DNA of 61,718 nucleotides, counting the filler, from Bacteriovoracaceae bacterium (GTDB lineage Bacteria > Bdellovibrionota > Bacteriovoracia > Bacteriovoracales > Bacteriovoracaceae), in assembly GCA_018649885.1 (NCBI GenBank). It is 4 parts of 4 records of this genome, joined end to end, with 100 filler letters (N's around TTAATTAATTAA, not from the genome) between each part and the next. Parts side by side here need not be neighbours in the genome. Positions count along the whole stretch, not along the records: positions 26,939 to 41,319 come from JABIHA010000070.1; positions 41,420 to 55,026 come from JABIHA010000012.1; 2 more parts are not named here. The stretch is one strand, 5' to 3'. Under the pieces are notes generated by a model. It saw only the letters and a program-made list of their open reading frames with translations. It was not told where the DNA came from and searched no databases. Made by a program: the position numbers and the translations under genes. Each line of letters begins with the position of its first letter. Positions within the stretch are counted from its first letter, which is position 1. This document shows, one piece after another, positions 37,922-46,742 of the stretch.

Positions 37922-38326
37922 TCAAGCCGCTCGGTGTGTCTGCCTCATCATTTGCATCAGCACAAAATCTTTTGCCAATTTGGATCGGAGATTTTTTTCA
38001 CGCTCCAGTTGCCTCCTATTGTTTTCATCCCTCCATTCCATTCTGTGAACTCCGAATGGGTAAACATGCTTAGCGATTCTTGTGATAATTCCGCCTGTCT
38101 CATTTGCTTCATCAAAAACTTCACCGGCATTTGTTCCATCACATGCGATTAGTAAAATCTTAAAAACATGGTTACCACCTTCTTCCCTGTAATAATCGTG
38201 GACTATCTCTCCCTCCACCACTTTGAACTTACCTCCAACGTTCTCCCAATATGCGATTTCATCGCCAGTTACTAAGCTACGATTTGCCGGGATCGGGTAA
38301 ATTGTTTTTCCTATCTTGAGTGACAT
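37922..38326 (-). CDS. Hypothetical protein, first gene of leftward operon
   Basis: CAGGAG RBS before MSLKIGK. Confidence 0.7.
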   Translation of the reverse strand: MSLKIGKTIYPIPANRSLVTGDEIAYWENVGGKFKVVEGEIVHDYYREEGGNHVFKILLIACDGTNAGEVFDEANETGGIITRIAKHVYPFGVHRMEWRDENNRRQLEREKNLRSKLAKDFVLMQMMRQTHRAA

Positions 38327-38513
38327 GGTTTTCTCCTGTTTTGGTTTATAGTTGACTACCACCCACATCTAAAGTAAGCTTCATATCATTAATTTCAGGA
38401 CAAACATAATCCTAGGCTTAGATCATGCGTAAATATTACCCGAAGCTAATGCTTTATGCAAGAAAAAACATTAGCTTTAGATAATAAAATTCAACTAGCA
38501 AATACAGGGACTT

Positions 38514-39191
38514 ATGGCTAAAAGCACAAAAACTGAAGAAAAAAGAGCTTTAGGTTTGACAGAAAAGCAGGCTGATTTAGTCGATTTCCTGTTTTCTGAT
38601 TTGAGGAAATTAGAAAAGTTTTTAGAGGCAGGAACTAAAAAATATTTAAAGGATAAACACTTCCCGCCAAAAGGTAAAAAAGCAAATGGAAAAACTTTTA
38701 CCGACTGGCTTGAGTTCATCTTATCCTTAAATAGCATTTATGAGGTAACAGACACTAGTAATCCTTCTGCTCTAGCAAGTGCGTTAGACATAAAACCACC
38801 TTCAGTTTTTAATTCATTGCAAAGAGCAAAAATCCCTTCCTCCTGGGTTTTTACATGCGTTAAAAAATATAAAGGAGATATGGAATATCTAATGGCAACA
38901 GATTTTCTCGATAAATCCTTAGACGATTTTATAGCGGGTAGAAAAAAAGCAAAGGCAACAGACGGCAAGAAAGCGACAAAAATCTCTGCCGCCTTGAAAT
39001 TGGAAGAAGACCCGATATTTTCAGACCAAAAAGAGGCAGTGAGCGTCGATGAATCAGACTTTAATAGTAAGCTAAAGCTTATAGAGAAAATGGATGAGGA
39101 TGCATATGATTTGCTGACAGCTAAAATTAACAGAGTTTTTAAAAAACACTATAAGTCGCTGGGGCAAACTCCACGCTCAGGTACCCGCTAA
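38514..39191 (+). CDS. CI-like phage repressor (HTH)
   Basis: SALASALDIKPPSVFNSLQRAKIPSSWV resembles phage CI HTH; divergent from leftward operon. Confidence 0.6.
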   Translation: MAKSTKTEEKRALGLTEKQADLVDFLFSDLRKLEKFLEAGTKKYLKDKHFPPKGKKANGKTFTDWLEFILSLNSIYEVTDTSNPSALASALDIKPPSVFNSLQRAKIPSSWVFTCVKKYKGDMEYLMATDFLDKSLDDFIAGRKKAKATDGKKATKISAALKLEEDPIFSDQKEAVSVDESDFNSKLKLIEKMDEDAYDLLTAKINRVFKKHYKSLGQTPRSGTR

Positions 39192-39273
39192 TTTGAGGCT
39201 GTTTCAGATTTGGTAGAACTTGCGTATTAAGGAAGGGAGAAAAGGCAGGAGAAGAAAAGGCAAGCTTCGGAGT

Positions 39274-39624
39274 TTACCCTTTCTTTTTTTGATTTTTCAC
39301 TATCCAATCATCTATATCTAACAATCTGTAGTAGACCCTGCCATTATCATCAAGCTTAAAGAATTTAGGGCCACCTTCTTTCTTCCATCTACAATGTTCA
39401 GCCCATTTTTTACTTTTTTTAATACCCTTGCTGGCTAGATATTCGAGCATCTCATCCGTATTCATATTTTCCTTGAATTGTTTTTCTTCTTTTTCTTCTG
39501 GCTTTATCTCGTCTTTAAACACTGTGATTTCTGGTTCTACTATTCCATCTTCTCTTTTTTCATCTTCAAAATAGAACCCTGAATCAAAACTAAAGTTCAC
39601 TGAATTTTTATTTTTCTTTGCCAT
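39274..39624 (-). CDS. Excisionase-like winged HTH protein
   Basis: MNTDEMLEYL..RWKKEGGPKFFK...RVYYRLLDIDDWI; overlaps integrase stop. Confidence 0.7.
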   Translation of the reverse strand: MAKKNKNSVNFSFDSGFYFEDEKREDGIVEPEITVFKDEIKPEEKEEKQFKENMNTDEMLEYLASKGIKKSKKWAEHCRWKKEGGPKFFKLDDNGRVYYRLLDIDDWIVKNQKKKG

Positions 39625-40936
39625 TATTCACACCCCACAAATTTAAAATTTCTGCTTCGATATCCTCCAAAGCTCCTCGCATTCGCCTAACCTTTACCTT
39701 GACATAACGGTCAGTAACATCTCCACTCGGCTCTGAGTGATTCATCATGGACTTTCTTGTTTTCTTTGGGATATCTAATGATTCTGCTACCGTGGAAAAC
39801 TCACGCCTTAAATCATGAGCCGTAAACTCTACCCCAACGGCTTCGCTGATTTCCTGAAAAGCTTTCCTCGCATACTTAACGTGACCTTCTTTATTGTGCG
39901 CCGGAAATAGATACCCATTTTTAGCTTTCTTGACCCTTCTCCTTAGAACTTTCTCTAGAAAATCACAGTATGGAATTTTCAAGGATTTTCCATTTTTTGT
40001 TTCTGGCACAAAAATAGTTTTTGCCTCAAAATCTATATGCTTTGTTTGTAGTCCACCCGCCTCTACACTTCTAAATCCTGTCAGCCACAGCGTAAATATA
40101 AAGTCACTGTATTTTGATCTCTCATAATCTAAAAGTTCCTGGTAAATTTTAGGGTAGTGATGATCTTCAATCTGACTTTGCCGTGGTTCAACCTCAAACC
40201 ATGCCTCCATGTCTGTAATGTGTTCTACAGGGTTATATGACAATAACGGTTTACCACTTGAATCTTTAAATTGTTTCTTGTGGAAGTTGAAAAGAGATCG
40301 CAACAATCGCATGGTTAAATTAGCCTCAGCGTTCCCCGTGGAATCTGCTACCTCCAAACCGTTCTTCTTCCTATTTTTTATAACGTCTTTTTTAATTTTC
40401 AAGTGACGATTGAGAGCCATATCTCCTGTTATGTCATTGATAGGCTTATCCAGCCAATCTGAGAAGACACCCTTCGTGCTGATTGATCGCTCATACTCTC
40501 TCAAAGTGCTGTCCTTTATTTTTCCCCGTTCCACCTTGAAATGCCTGAATTTCTGGAATAGCTTTTTTAAGGTAATTTCCTTCGACTTCAGAGCTACCTT
40601 TGTAGCTTCACCTTTTTTTAATGTTTCTCTAATATTTTCCCCTGTTGCCATTCTTCCAATGTACTCGTCTGCAATCTTTCGTGCCTGTTCTGGAGTCTTC
40701 TCGTCAATGCTTGCAATTGTTACCCGAACGTTTTTTCCATTGATTGATTTTTGACAGACATATGATTTTTTACTCCGGCAAACACGCACCCCAAATCGGG
40801 TTGATAGCGTGTCCCAAACAATAACCTCTCGCACTTTGTCGGGGTTGGCCTTATTTTTGACCAGTTCATCGAAATCAAGCTTATCTATCGCTGTGCGATT
40901 CAACTTGGTCTCTATTCTAGCTCTACTCTCTTTCAT
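39608..40936 (-). CDS. int: Tyrosine integrase, P4-like with arm-binding domain
   Basis: WDT...FGVRV..SKKSY arm domain; catalytic TGFR, TKNG, HDLRR, NH, Y; start at MKESR after AAGGA (ORF track 40969). Confidence 0.92.
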   Translation of the reverse strand: MKESRARIETKLNRTAIDKLDFDELVKNKANPDKVREVIVWDTLSTRFGVRVCRSKKSYVCQKSINGKNVRVTIASIDEKTPEQARKIADEYIGRMATGENIRETLKKGEATKVALKSKEITLKKLFQKFRHFKVERGKIKDSTLREYERSISTKGVFSDWLDKPINDITGDMALNRHLKIKKDVIKNRKKNGLEVADSTGNAEANLTMRLLRSLFNFHKKQFKDSSGKPLLSYNPVEHITDMEAWFEVEPRQSQIEDHHYPKIYQELLDYERSKYSDFIFTLWLTGFRSVEAGGLQTKHIDFEAKTIFVPETKNGKSLKIPYCDFLEKVLRRRVKKAKNGYLFPAHNKEGHVKYARKAFQEISEAVGVEFTAHDLRREFSTVAESLDIPKKTRKSMMNHSEPSGDVTDRYVKVKVRRMRGALEDIEAEILNLWGVNNGKEK

Positions 40937-40945
40937 GGCATCCTT

Positions 40946-41075
40946 CATTGAATACAGCACATAAAACAACTAATTTTTAAAGCAACTAACTTTTATGGCA
41001 ACTAATTCTCTGTATTCAGAGTAGTAGAGCAACTAATTTCTGTCAATCTATTTTGTATTCAATGGGTATTCAATG
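40946..41075. repeat. att-arm region with two short repeat families
   Basis: CAACTAA at 40967, 40983, 40999, 41030; GTATTCAATG direct at 41055 and 41066, inverted at 40946. Confidence 0.75.
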
Positions 41076-41214
41076 CAAAAGTAAAAGGGAAGGCAGAGCA
41101 ATTAGAAATGGCATTAAAAAATAACACCATAACTTACTTAACCTAAACACTTTATAGAGCAGATTAGAAGCGAAGGTGGGGTTTTTAGAAGAGGCTAGAA
41201 ATGGGAAATAAAAT

Positions 41215-41252
41215 TTAAGAGTCAGTTGCTCTACCAATTGAGCTAACGGCCC
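41215..41252 (-). tRNA. 5' half of tRNA-Lys(CTT), interrupted after anticodon loop
   Basis: GGGCCGT TA GCTC AATTGGTA GAGC A ACTGA CT-CTT-AA then ATTTT instead of TCAGT. Confidence 0.85.
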
Positions 41253-41283
41253 CACTTATCTGTCTGGATGAAAATACCGGATC

Positions 41284-41312
41284 ATTCTAACTAATCTGTA
41301 CCGGACTCGCAA
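41284..41312 (-). promoter_or_regulatory. Sigma70-type promoter of the tRNA gene
   Basis: TTGCGA-17 nt-TAGAAT on minus strand, 31 nt upstream of tRNA. Confidence 0.6.
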
Positions 41313-41319
41313 CCACTCG

Positions 41320-41419
41320 NNNNNNNNNNNNNNNNNNNNNNNNNNNNNNNNNNNNNNNNNNNNTTAATTAATTAANNNNNNNNNNNNNNNNNNNNNNNNN
41401 NNNNNNNNNNNNNNNNNNN
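41320..41419. other. Artificial contig linker
   Basis: N run with TTAATTAATTAA. Confidence 0.97.
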
Positions 41420-41516
41420 AAGAATTCTTACAGAATTTGACCCAAATTAACTTTCTAAGAGAAAATATACTCGTTCAAACTAAAGTATTCAAATTTTGCG
41501 CAAAAAAGGAGTTTTT

Positions 41517-42767
41517 GTGAGAATTATCCCTGCTATTATTTTTTTGGCCATTAGCGCCCTCGCCTTCGCCAAGGCCCCACCTCAAGTACAAAAAAGAAAA
41601 CTGTATTTCATTCACCTCAAGGCCAAAAATGTGGAAGTAAGGTCCAAGATTGCCAACTTCATTCACATTGATCAGCTAGTTGAAGATTCCATATACTCTG
41701 TGATCAACCAAGTTGAATTAAAAAACATAAAACGTGAGATCCCTCACCTAATTGAAGAGTTTCATCTACTGGAAGAACAAAGCTTTGAGCACTACCTAGA
41801 CATTCCTAAATACCAATTTCCCAAAGGGGACGAATCATTTCACACCTACAATGAAGTTGTCAGTGAACTCAAGGCACTTGCCACAAAATATCCCAACATC
41901 GTCCAGTACTTCTCTATTGGGAAATCCCTTGAAGGCCTAGATATTCCTGGAATTAAAATTACTAACAAATTAGATAAAAAAAGAGGAGACATGGTACCGG
42001 CAATCCTGTTTACCGGCTCACACCATGCCAGAGAACATCTCTCCACAGAGGTACCTATGCTTTTACTCAGACACCTGATCGAAAGTTACGGTTCGGATAA
42101 AACAATTACCAGCTTAGTGGACAACCGTGTCATTTATTTTGTTCCACTTGTTAATCCTGATGGAGCGATGTGGGACATCTATGACGGGAAATATAAAACC
42201 TGGAGAAAAAACAGAAGAAGCACTGGAGCCTGGACTCATGGTGTTGATCTAAATAGGAACTATAGCTATAAGTGGGGAACGGGTGGATCTTCAAAAGATC
42301 ATGGCTCAGAAGTCTATATGGGTCCCAAGCCATTTTCTGAGCCTGAAACAAAGGCCATGAAAAAATTCGTCGAATCTATTTCTAATTTGCGGATTCTTTT
42401 ATCTTTTCACACATTTTCTGAACTAATCCTCTACCCCTGGGGTCACAGTAAATATCCAGTATCTGGTAAGGATGGTGAGGTTTTCAAGAAGATGGCAACC
42501 ACAATGTCTAAGTGGAACAAGTACACTCCCAAGCAGGCCTCAGGGCTTTATGTGGCCTCTGGAGATACTTGTGATTGGGCCTATGGGGAGAGAGGTATCT
42601 TTTGTTTTACCTTCGAGCTCTCACCTAAATGGGCCTGGGGCTCAGCAGGATTTTACCCAGGAGCAAAGGCCATCGTACCTACCTTTAAGGCCAATATCCG
42701 GCCTGCTCTTTATTTAATAGAGCACGCTGCAGATCCCCATGGGGTCTTAGACACAAAGCTTCTTTAA
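41517..42767 (+). CDS. Secreted M14 zinc carboxypeptidase (carboxypeptidase T-like)
   Basis: HHARE, NPDG, WRKNR, GVDLNRNY, SFHTF, FTFEL; GTG start after AGGAG. Confidence 0.92.
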   Translation: MRIIPAIIFLAISALAFAKAPPQVQKRKLYFIHLKAKNVEVRSKIANFIHIDQLVEDSIYSVINQVELKNIKREIPHLIEEFHLLEEQSFEHYLDIPKYQFPKGDESFHTYNEVVSELKALATKYPNIVQYFSIGKSLEGLDIPGIKITNKLDKKRGDMVPAILFTGSHHAREHLSTEVPMLLLRHLIESYGSDKTITSLVDNRVIYFVPLVNPDGAMWDIYDGKYKTWRKNRRSTGAWTHGVDLNRNYSYKWGTGGSSKDHGSEVYMGPKPFSEPETKAMKKFVESISNLRILLSFHTFSELILYPWGHSKYPVSGKDGEVFKKMATTMSKWNKYTPKQASGLYVASGDTCDWAYGERGIFCFTFELSPKWAWGSAGFYPGAKAIVPTFKANIRPALYLIEHAADPHGVLDTKLL

Positions 42768-42882
42768 GTTAATTTGACCCTCACACGTTGAAAAGTGAGG
42801 GTCTCTCTTTCGCAATGATCCTTGTAGAACGCCACCGCGATAAATAGATTGCAATGGCTTTAATCTCAAAGGACATAACAAC

Positions 42883-44190
42883 GTGAAAGAACTCATTTTT
42901 ATAGTTTTCGGCCTATTACTTTCCTCACACTCTATTAATGCCCACAACATCACAGATTACTCCCAAAGATTGGAGAATACTGAAGCAGGTGAAGTGCTAT
43001 TAAAAGCAGCTGAAACAGGAAACCTTGAGACTATAAGAGCTCTTTTAAAAAAAGGGGTCTCCCTGGAAGCACGTGACGAAAAGGGAAATACGGCCCTTCA
43101 CATTGCAGCCGAATATAAAAACGAAGACATTCTCACCGAACTACTCAGCTACGGTATGGAAGTGGATATCGAAAACGATTTGGGAGAAAGCCCACTGATT
43201 GTAATTTCAGCTATGGGCCATACAGCAATGGCCAAAACACTACTTAAGTTTGGAGCAAACCCCAATTTACAAGGATATAATGGTACACCACTAAGTTATG
43301 CCATCTCACAAAAACAACACCTAATGCTTCAGCTATTACTGGACTCTGGCGCCAATCCTCATCATGCAATCCACAACAACCTGACTCCTTTAATGGTAGC
43401 AGTAGACAACCTCAACTTTAAGGCCACAAAAATCCTTCTTTCTGCAAGTGTTGATATTAATCAACTCACTACTAGGGAAGGGCATAGTGCTCTTAGCTAC
43501 GCTGTAAAAAGAAACTCATATGGTATGACCAAAGTTTTACTGGCGACCAGAGAAGTAAAACTCAACTTAAGAAAAAAACAAGGTCCTACACCTCTAATAT
43601 TGGCCATCGGGGCCAAAGACAAAAGACTTGCCACTACCATTATTGAGGCCGGTGCTGACGTTAACATGACTTATAAAATTGGCCGCACTTTAAAAATGAC
43701 TGCTCTAATGTGGGCAGCAACCCTAGGAAAGCTTGAAGTGGGAAAGGCCCTTCTTCGAGAAGGTGCCATTGTTTCAAGTTTCACAACTTACACTTCTAAA
43801 GAAAAAGCTGGATGGAGCGCCGTCCACTTTGCGGCCTATAACAAAGACCTTGATTTTCTAAAAATGCTTGAAGCTAACAAAGCAGATTTAAAGGCGCTTA
43901 CTAGAAGGTCTGAAAGCATTTTGCTTCTTGCTTCGAAAAAATATGCTGGTCCAGCTCTGGTTAGCTATATAGTTAGTCGTGGCATTCCAGTTGATACCCA
44001 AGATTTAAATGGAAATACTGCTTTGATGGAAAAGGCCAAAGATGGTGATCTAAAGTCAGTAATCCTTCTGCTAGCAAATGGCGCCAACCCACTTCTCACT
44101 GATAGAACAAGTAAAACTGCTTACTACTATGCTATTCGTTACGGACACTACCTAGTCGCTCTAGAGATAAAAAAACATATTAACCCCTAG
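42883..44190 (+). CDS. Secreted ankyrin-repeat protein
   Basis: Signal peptide; roughly 11 G.TALH/TPL..A ankyrin repeats. Confidence 0.9.
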   Translation: MKELIFIVFGLLLSSHSINAHNITDYSQRLENTEAGEVLLKAAETGNLETIRALLKKGVSLEARDEKGNTALHIAAEYKNEDILTELLSYGMEVDIENDLGESPLIVISAMGHTAMAKTLLKFGANPNLQGYNGTPLSYAISQKQHLMLQLLLDSGANPHHAIHNNLTPLMVAVDNLNFKATKILLSASVDINQLTTREGHSALSYAVKRNSYGMTKVLLATREVKLNLRKKQGPTPLILAIGAKDKRLATTIIEAGADVNMTYKIGRTLKMTALMWAATLGKLEVGKALLREGAIVSSFTTYTSKEKAGWSAVHFAAYNKDLDFLKMLEANKADLKALTRRSESILLLASKKYAGPALVSYIVSRGIPVDTQDLNGNTALMEKAKDGDLKSVILLLANGANPLLTDRTSKTAYYYAIRYGHYLVALEIKKHINP

Positions 44191-44198
44191 GAACACGT

Positions 44199-45137
44199 GT
44201 GAATGTAAGCACCATAGACTGCCTATACTGCCAAAATGAGAAGCACAGCTCAAGCTACCTCGTTACTCAAAACAATAAGGCCATTTTCGTAGACAATAAC
44301 ACTACCAATTCGGTGGAAATACTTCTTTTGGCCCTTAAAGACCAGGGCATTGAAAAATCAGATGTAGACTATCTTTTTGTAACCCATATTCACCTTGATC
44401 ACGCAGGGGGAACATCTGCACTTTTAAAGCACCTTCCCAATGCTAGAGTTGTATGTCATCCCAGGGCCCAAAGACACTTGGTCGATCCTACCAAGTTAGT
44501 CCTAAGCGCAAAAAGTGTTTACGGCGAAGAAGATTTTCATAAAATGTATGGTGAAATAGGCCCCATTGATGAACAGAGAATCACTATAGTCGAAGACGAG
44601 GAAACTCTATCCTGGGGTGATGAGACAATTCATTTTCTTCACACCAGAGGCCACGCTAAACATCATATTTGTTTTTATTTTGAAAAGCTTAGTAGTGTTT
44701 TCACTGGGGACTCCTTTGGTCTTTATTATCCAACACTTCAAAGGGCCCATAGTTTTGTATTTCCCTCAACTAGTCCAACTGATTTTGAACCAGACCATGC
44801 ACTGACAACAATTAAGCGCATAATAGACACAACTGCAGTGAGTATCTACCCCACACATTTTGGAAAAATTCCTGATAATCAAAAAGCTTACGGCCATCTT
44901 AAAAACTATCTTGAGTTTGCAAGCAAGCTACTATCAGAGCAAATCTCGACTGATTTGGTTGGGGATGCATTGTACGCTCACTACAAAGAACACATCACTG
45001 AGTATTTCAAAAAATGTTTCGCTGAACTCAATATAAGTTGGAACACTTCTACCATCAAATGGATGTCCCTAGATATCGACCTAAACGCCCAGGGGATGGC
45101 ATTTTCAACCATTCGTCTGAGAAAGTCCCTCGGGTAA
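44199..45137 (+). CDS. MBL-fold metallo-hydrolase
   Basis: THIHLDHAGG, GHAKHH, FTGD, PTHFG. Confidence 0.9.
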   Translation: MNVSTIDCLYCQNEKHSSSYLVTQNNKAIFVDNNTTNSVEILLLALKDQGIEKSDVDYLFVTHIHLDHAGGTSALLKHLPNARVVCHPRAQRHLVDPTKLVLSAKSVYGEEDFHKMYGEIGPIDEQRITIVEDEETLSWGDETIHFLHTRGHAKHHICFYFEKLSSVFTGDSFGLYYPTLQRAHSFVFPSTSPTDFEPDHALTTIKRIIDTTAVSIYPTHFGKIPDNQKAYGHLKNYLEFASKLLSEQISTDLVGDALYAHYKEHITEYFKKCFAELNISWNTSTIKWMSLDIDLNAQGMAFSTIRLRKSLG

Positions 45138-45235
45138 GTCCGATCTTAAAGTAAGAATTTTTATGTTGGAGCACCCTTTCAAAGTTTCTAATATTAATTA
45201 AATTATTCAAGCACAGTTAAAAAAAGGATTTTTTA

Positions 45236-46549
45236 ATGACAGCATCACGGTTGATGAAATTAATCATACTTCTCACTCTTATTATCCCCCAAGCATTTGC
45301 CTCTTACGTAACCGAAAACTTTTTCGTTAAATTAAAAAAAGGTAAATCTCTTCCTGAAACTGATTTAATTAGTAAAAGTAAAAATCTCTTTGGCGAACTC
45401 CATATTGTTTACGCCGACAACCAAATTGTGGCGCGAGACTTTTTTAAGTCTCATCCAGATGTTGCCTATGTAGAAGGTAACCATAAAGGGGAAAGACAAA
45501 ACCTTGTAATAGAAGAACCCCTAGAATTTATCGATGCCCCACAGACAGGAATGCTCAGTTTCAAAGACCCTTACTACAGTAGACTCTGGGCCTTTAAAAG
45601 CTCGGTGGTTATGGGAATGGGTGTAGACGATGCTTATGTTAATTTCCCACGAGCTCACAAAGACAAGATTATTGTAGCGGTAGTAGATACAGGAGTTGAT
45701 TACAACCACCCTGATTTAAAAAACCAAATGTGGGTTAATAAAAATGAAATAGCAGGAAACGGAATCGATGATGACCTCAATGGTTACATTGATGATGTCC
45801 ATGGAATTAACCTTTTAATTAAAAAAGGCGGAAAAGCAACAGGTAACCCAATGGATGGCCATATGCACGGAACACACGTAGCAGGTACCATAGCTGCTGC
45901 TCAAAATAACGGAGTGGCCATTGCAGGAGTTTCTTCGCATGCAAGAATCATGGCCATTAGAGCTGTTCCCAATTCCGGTGATGAAACCGACCTTGATGTC
46001 ATTGAGGCCTTCTTATATGCTGGTAAAAATGGTGCTAAAATTATTAACTGCTCTTTCGGAAAATATAAAAATGAAAAAGGCATGGCCGTATCCGATGCTA
46101 TCAAGCACATCGGCGATAAGTACGACACCCTAGTTATTGCAGCAGCTGGGAATGAAAATAACAATATTGATAAAGTCAGTGTCTACCCAGCAAGTTACCC
46201 CAATTCCAATTTGCTAGTAGTTGCTGCCACAACAAATAGAGGCAGAAAGGCCTACTTCTCAAACTATGGCCCCAAAAATGTCGATCTAGCAGCTCCTGGA
46301 GTTGGAATTTATTCAACGACTCCCGGTAGTAGAGTCAAATCTCTTTCTGGGACTTCAATGAGCTCCCCCAACACCGCCGGTGTTGCTGCAGAGATTCTAT
46401 CTCAATACCCTGAGTTAAAAGCACTAGAGCTAAAAAAGATCATGATGGACTCAGTTACCAAGTCAGCTCGCTTTAAAGGCAAAGTGGGAGCCGCTGGAAT
46501 GCTGAATCTCAACAAGGCGCTAAAGGCAGCAGACGATTTTACAAAATAG
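45236..46549 (+). CDS. Secreted S8 subtilase
   Basis: VAVVDTG, HGTHVAG, AAGN, SGTSM. Confidence 0.93.
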   Translation: MTASRLMKLIILLTLIIPQAFASYVTENFFVKLKKGKSLPETDLISKSKNLFGELHIVYADNQIVARDFFKSHPDVAYVEGNHKGERQNLVIEEPLEFIDAPQTGMLSFKDPYYSRLWAFKSSVVMGMGVDDAYVNFPRAHKDKIIVAVVDTGVDYNHPDLKNQMWVNKNEIAGNGIDDDLNGYIDDVHGINLLIKKGGKATGNPMDGHMHGTHVAGTIAAAQNNGVAIAGVSSHARIMAIRAVPNSGDETDLDVIEAFLYAGKNGAKIINCSFGKYKNEKGMAVSDAIKHIGDKYDTLVIAAAGNENNNIDKVSVYPASYPNSNLLVVAATTNRGRKAYFSNYGPKNVDLAAPGVGIYSTTPGSRVKSLSGTSMSSPNTAGVAAEILSQYPELKALELKKIMMDSVTKSARFKGKVGAAGMLNLNKALKAADDFTK

Positions 46550-46566
46550 GTAGTACTCATCAATCG

Positions 46567-46605
46567 AAAAAAGAGTTGAAAAGTTAATTTTCAACTCTTT
46601 TTTTT
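46567..46605 (+). terminator. Intrinsic terminator
   Basis: aaaaaagagttgaaaa-gttaa-ttttcaactctttttt perfect inverted repeat. Confidence 0.8.
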
Positions 46606-46742
46606 CCCCGAAATACATAGCGTACAACACACCGCTTTAAAACAAACTAAATCCGTTATCCTTACAAAGTATTGCCGCATTTGGGAATTTCCCCCCTACC
46701 CTTTAAAATATATTCAGTTCAAATTTTCAATAGGATTTTAGG

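Larger units (their letters stand above)
27075..41214. mobile_element. Integrative element / phage-satellite-like island at tRNA-Lys; left boundary not visible
   Basis: Integrase next to half tRNA, Xis-like, CI-like, SF3 helicase, cargo; no virion or conjugation genes seen. Inclusion of the cargo array 27075-32173 is inferred. Confidence 0.75.

Noticed and set aside
40970..41214. Group I intron in the tRNA anticodon loop
   Set aside because: No 3' exon, no recognisable P/Q/R/S core; sequence is AT-rich with att-like repeats and leads into an integrase
41070..41255. 61-aa ORF MGPLAQLVEQLTL
   Set aside because: Translation of the tRNA half
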